Source of the DNA: Octopus sinensis
Lineage: Eukaryota
Direction: 5' to 3'
DNA length: 24,173 nt
Assembly (NCBI RefSeq): GCF_006345805.1
Contig: NW_021825157.1
Coordinates: forward strand, 1-24,173
The position numbers were made by a program, and so were the translations under genes. The notes under the pieces are model-generated. The model was not told the origin of the DNA. It made no database searches and saw nothing but the letters and a program-made list of their open reading frames with translations. Below are positions 20,882 to 24,173 of the stretch, one piece after another (position 1 is the first letter of the stretch; each line of letters opens with the position of its first letter).

Positions 20882-21332
20882 TTGCCTTAATGATATAATA
20901 TAATAATAAGATATAAACAAGAATATAAAACATCTACCAGTCATGACAAAGGTTTGAGTGCTTTATTTTTGAAAATTTTAACTACGGGACGAAATCAAAG
21001 ACAAACTGACTTCACTTAAATGCGCTATAGTGGTATGATCAAAAGGAAATTCACGGAAATAATTTACTATCATACCTATTTATTTAGATACACAGAAAAT
21101 GAAATGCGGCAGAACTCTTGAGACCTTTTTAATCATCGGAGGAAAATGCGTTGATCAATAATATTATATGGAAAATTTTTCAAAACTCAAGATCTTATAT
21201 AATTGGCAGTCATATATGCAAGAGTACAACCGTCACTAAAGTGAAGGAGGGTGCAACTCAGCACCACTATTGCTAGAAATAAGAGTCAAAACAACCTCTT
21301 AGCCACGAGCAAAGGACTTATCTATTGATAAG

Positions 21333-21594
21333 GTCCATAAAGTTAGATGTGTGTGAAATCTGCGACGATTTCATCTCAATCGAAGGAGAGGGGCTTTCTC
21401 CGTCCGGGTTGCGGATCCGTGGAATAAGCTGCCGGACGAGATAGTGAAGATGCCGACGACCGCTCGGTTCAAAGTCTCTCTTGACCAGAAATGGCCTGAA
21501 CTCTTTGCATGAACACCACCCTGTACATAACTCCATATCCCCCTACATGGCCTTGCTTTTTACTTTTTGAGCCAAAAAATTAACTTAACTAAAC
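21333..21594 (+). pseudogene. 3' end of a CR1/L2-type LINE (ORF2 C-terminus, 3' UTR, TTAAC tail)
   Basis: Frame 21363-21512 reads RRFHLNRRRGAFSVRVADPWNKLPDEIVKMPTTARFKVSLDQKWPELFA*, matching the CR1/L2 FSxRVxxxWNxLP...FKxxLD motif. Ends in ATTAACTTAACTAAAC. Confidence 0.8.
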
Positions 21595-21619
21595 TGTGTG
21601 TGCGCGCTTGCAGCCGGGG

Positions 21620-21800
21620 TGTGTCTTTGTTTTGGGTTTGTCCCCTACCACAGCTTGACAACAGGTGAAAGGTACACAATAAAAAAAAAAATACGAGGCT
21701 TAAAAAGAAAATGTACTTGGGTCGATTTGTTCGACTAACACTCTTCAAGGCGTTGCCCCAACATGACCGCAGTCCAATGACTGGAACAAGTAAGAAAAAA
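21620..21800 (+). mobile_element. SINE family C, diverged 3' half
   Basis: GTTTGTCCCC...GCTTGACAAC...GGGTCGATTTGTTCGACT...TTCAAGGCGTTGCCCCAACATGACCGCAGTC. Confidence 0.75.
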
Positions 21801-21811
21801 AAAATAAAGTA

Positions 21812-21995
21812 TAGGCGAGGCTATGTGGTAAGAATCTTGCTTCCCAACCACATGAGCAAGTGTCTTCTACTATAGCCTTTGGCTGACCAAAGCCTTGTGA
21901 GTGGATTTGGTAGGCGGAAACTGAAAGAAGCCTGTCGTGTGTGTGTCTGTGCGTGTGTGCGTGTGTGTGTGAGTGTGCGTGCGTGTGTGTGTGTG

Positions 21996-22026
<31 letters not shown>

Positions 22027-22220
22027 TGTGTGTGTTTATGTGTGTGTCCGTGTTTGCCTCCCCAGCCATCGCTTGACAACCGATCTGATGCTGGTGTGTT
22101 TATGTCCCTCTAACTTAGCCTGGGGGGGGGGGTCGATTTCTCCGACTACAAAACCCTCTAAGGCGGTGCTCCAACATGGCCGCAGTCAAATGACTGAAAC
22201 AAGTAAGATAATAAAAGAAT
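21812..22220 (+). mobile_element. SINE family C with two internal deletions and a (GT)n core
   Basis: Head TGTGGTAAG...CCACATG joins directly to AGCAAGTGTCTTC (B box lost). (GT)n ~21937-22048. Tail shortened at TTAGC|CTGGGG. Confidence 0.85.
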
Positions 22221-22727
22221 TTTAAAAAAACAACAAAAAACTAGAATTATAATTAGATGTCAAATCTGAAGAACCCGAAAGATGCACCTACTGTTGATAA
22301 ACTTTTTTAACAGAGCTAAAAAGAACTGTCTGCATTTGTAACCGAATATAAATGAGGTGATACGTATGAACATAGAATTAAGTTACGCATGCCATTTTAC
22401 ACTACATTCATCCATCTTAACTACATCTGTCCAACTTTCTATTAACTTGCTGTCAAACTGGAACTACATACTAATTTACTTTCGTGCTGTAATTACTTAG
22501 TTTTAACATAACTTCTTAAATGTTTCATTAAACCTGATTTTTGAAATTAAGATTTCCAATTCTTTAATAAGGATGTAATTACTTTCCTTTTACCATAATT
22601 TGTAATTTCACGTAACTGAAGTTTCCCCCACAAATATTTTAGAATGTTTCAAGCAGAAATGAACGGAACTTACTTTCTGAGCTCAGCGACATATGAGTTA
22701 GTTGCTATCATGTCGATGTCCTAAGAA

Positions 22728-23141
22728 GGCGGTGAGCTGGCAGAAACGTTAGCACACCGGGCGAAATGCATAACCGTATTTCGTTTGCCGTTACGTTCTG
22801 AGTTCAAATTCCACCGAGGACGACTTTGCCTTTCATCCTTTCGGGGTCGATAAGTTAAGTACCAGTTACGCACTGGAGTAAATCTAATCGACTTAATCCA
22901 TTTGTCTGTCCTTGTTTGTCCCCTCTGTGTTTAGCCCCTTGTGGGGTAGTAAATAAATAGGTATTTCGTCTGTCGTTACGTTCTGAGTTCAAATTCCACC
23001 GAAGACGACTTTGCCTTTCATCCTTTCGGGGTCGATAAATTAAGTACCAGTTACGTACTGGGGTCGATATAATCGACTTAATCCGTTTTTTTGTCCTTGT
23101 TTGTCCTCTGTCTGTGGCCCCTTTTGGGTAGTAAAGAAATA
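22728..23141 (+). mobile_element. SINE family A dimer with target-site duplication
   Basis: Two units flanked by TATCATGTCGATGTC (22706-22720) and TATCACGTCGATGTC (23142-23156). Confidence 0.9.
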
Positions 23142-23398
23142 TATCACGTCGATGTCTAGCGATTGATATTCGGCTTGGTACCAGATCTGAGTAGCTTGTG
23201 GACTAAATGGCTAAATATCTACGTGTTATATGTGTAGGGAAGTCATAAGAATTTATGAACATCTGAAATAATCTGGAATAAATCTTCTTTGGAACAGGAT
23301 CTCGAAGTTCATATAATTGCTTCGGCTTCTACTATCCCAAAGGAGTTTTCAACTCAATATTTACATACTTATTTACATATATTTATATCTTTACATAT

Positions 23399-23497
23399 GC
23401 GTAGGAGTGGTAGTGTGGTAAGTTGCTTGCTTACCAACCACATTGTTCCGGGTTCAGTCCCACTTCGTGGTACCTTGCGCAATTGTCTTTTACTATA
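23399..23497 (+). mobile_element. SINE family C, head and CORE-like block only
   Basis: GCGTAGGAGTGGTAGTGTGGTAAG...CCGGGTTCAGTCCC...GTGGTACCTTGCGCAATTGTCTTTTACTATA. Confidence 0.8.
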
Positions 23498-23735
23498 AAA
23501 TTTCCACTTGTTTCTTATTTTTATTTTCCTAAAAATTTCGTTGCGTCTTGCAACCTTTTTAATAGTTTTGAGTGAAAAGGTTGCAAGAAAAATAAGAAAA
23601 AATCGGATATTTTACTGGTGAGTGTGTTATATTATAAGGCACAAAACGAAAATGACTCTCCCCAGACACAACAGAATATGCTTCAACACACGAACTCATG
23701 TAAAGAATCTTGCAAACCAAGTCCAAAAACGAAAT

Positions 23736-23781
<46 letters not shown>

Positions 23782-23782
23782 A

Positions 23783-24173
23783 TATTGTTATATTTCGGAA
23801 TGGTCATTTTGCTAGTTTAGCCAATAAAAAACACACGCACTATATATTTGGTGTTACTTTGCTTCAGTGTTATTTATTTTTTACATTAATCTTAATCTTA
23901 TTTCGGCCAGAGTTCTTTCGTCACACTCCTGTGACCGCATCAGTGGTCCTTTGTTTTCTTCTCACTTATTTGTGTCTCTCCTTACTAACCGACAGCCATT
24001 TTGTATTTCTATTATATGTCTTCATTTGCACATGCTTATATCTCTATGTGCGTTTATGTTTATTTAGTGTGTGGTGGGGGAATGCCTGTAATATTTGTAT
24101 CTTCTGTTTATATATGTTCATGTAATTTGTATTTTGTTGTTGTGTGTTGTTTTGTTTATTCTTATTTTGTTCA
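23783..24173 (-). mobile_element. Dispersed repeat family D, copy 2 (runs to window end)
   Basis: Colinear with 2488-2873; starts directly after (TA)n. Confidence 0.75.
23905..23949 (-). ncRNA. Minimal type I hammerhead ribozyme variant (identical to 2610-2654)
   Basis: 45/45 nt identical to copy 1. Confidence 0.7.

Noticed and set aside
22261-22290. CUGAAGA-ACCC-GAAAGAUG hammerhead-like word
   Set aside because: No possible stem II, G at position 17, and no stem I.

Overview
AT-rich, repeat-dense eukaryotic DNA with no recognisable intact host gene. The SINE and satellite landscape looks octopus/cephalopod-like; this is recognition from memory, not a database result. Almost all listed ORFs are microsatellite or low-complexity artefacts. 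Real coding relics are a Penelope-like GIY-YIG endonuclease fragment (9623-10042, -), a decayed R4/Dong-like non-LTR RT plus CCHC knuckle (~10480-12090, +) and a CR1/L2-type ORF2 C-terminus (~21333-21594, +). Three tRNA-derived SINE families (my labels A, B, C) occur in many copies, including tandem multimers and copies with target-site duplications. The most interesting signal is RNA-level: several hammerhead-ribozyme-like motifs in Penelope-type, (TA)n-bounded repeats. These are two identical minus-strand minimal type I variants (2610-2654, 23905-23949), two different core variants nested in a Tigger/pogo-like MITE (3874-3910, 4112-4147), and a complete hammerhead core whose three strands are in a non-circularly permuted order (14539-14612) inside a partly inverted ~830-nt unit. 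A decayed second example of the permuted architecture, with unrelated sequence, lies at 15440-15510. All ribozyme calls come from manual base-pairing and are untested.
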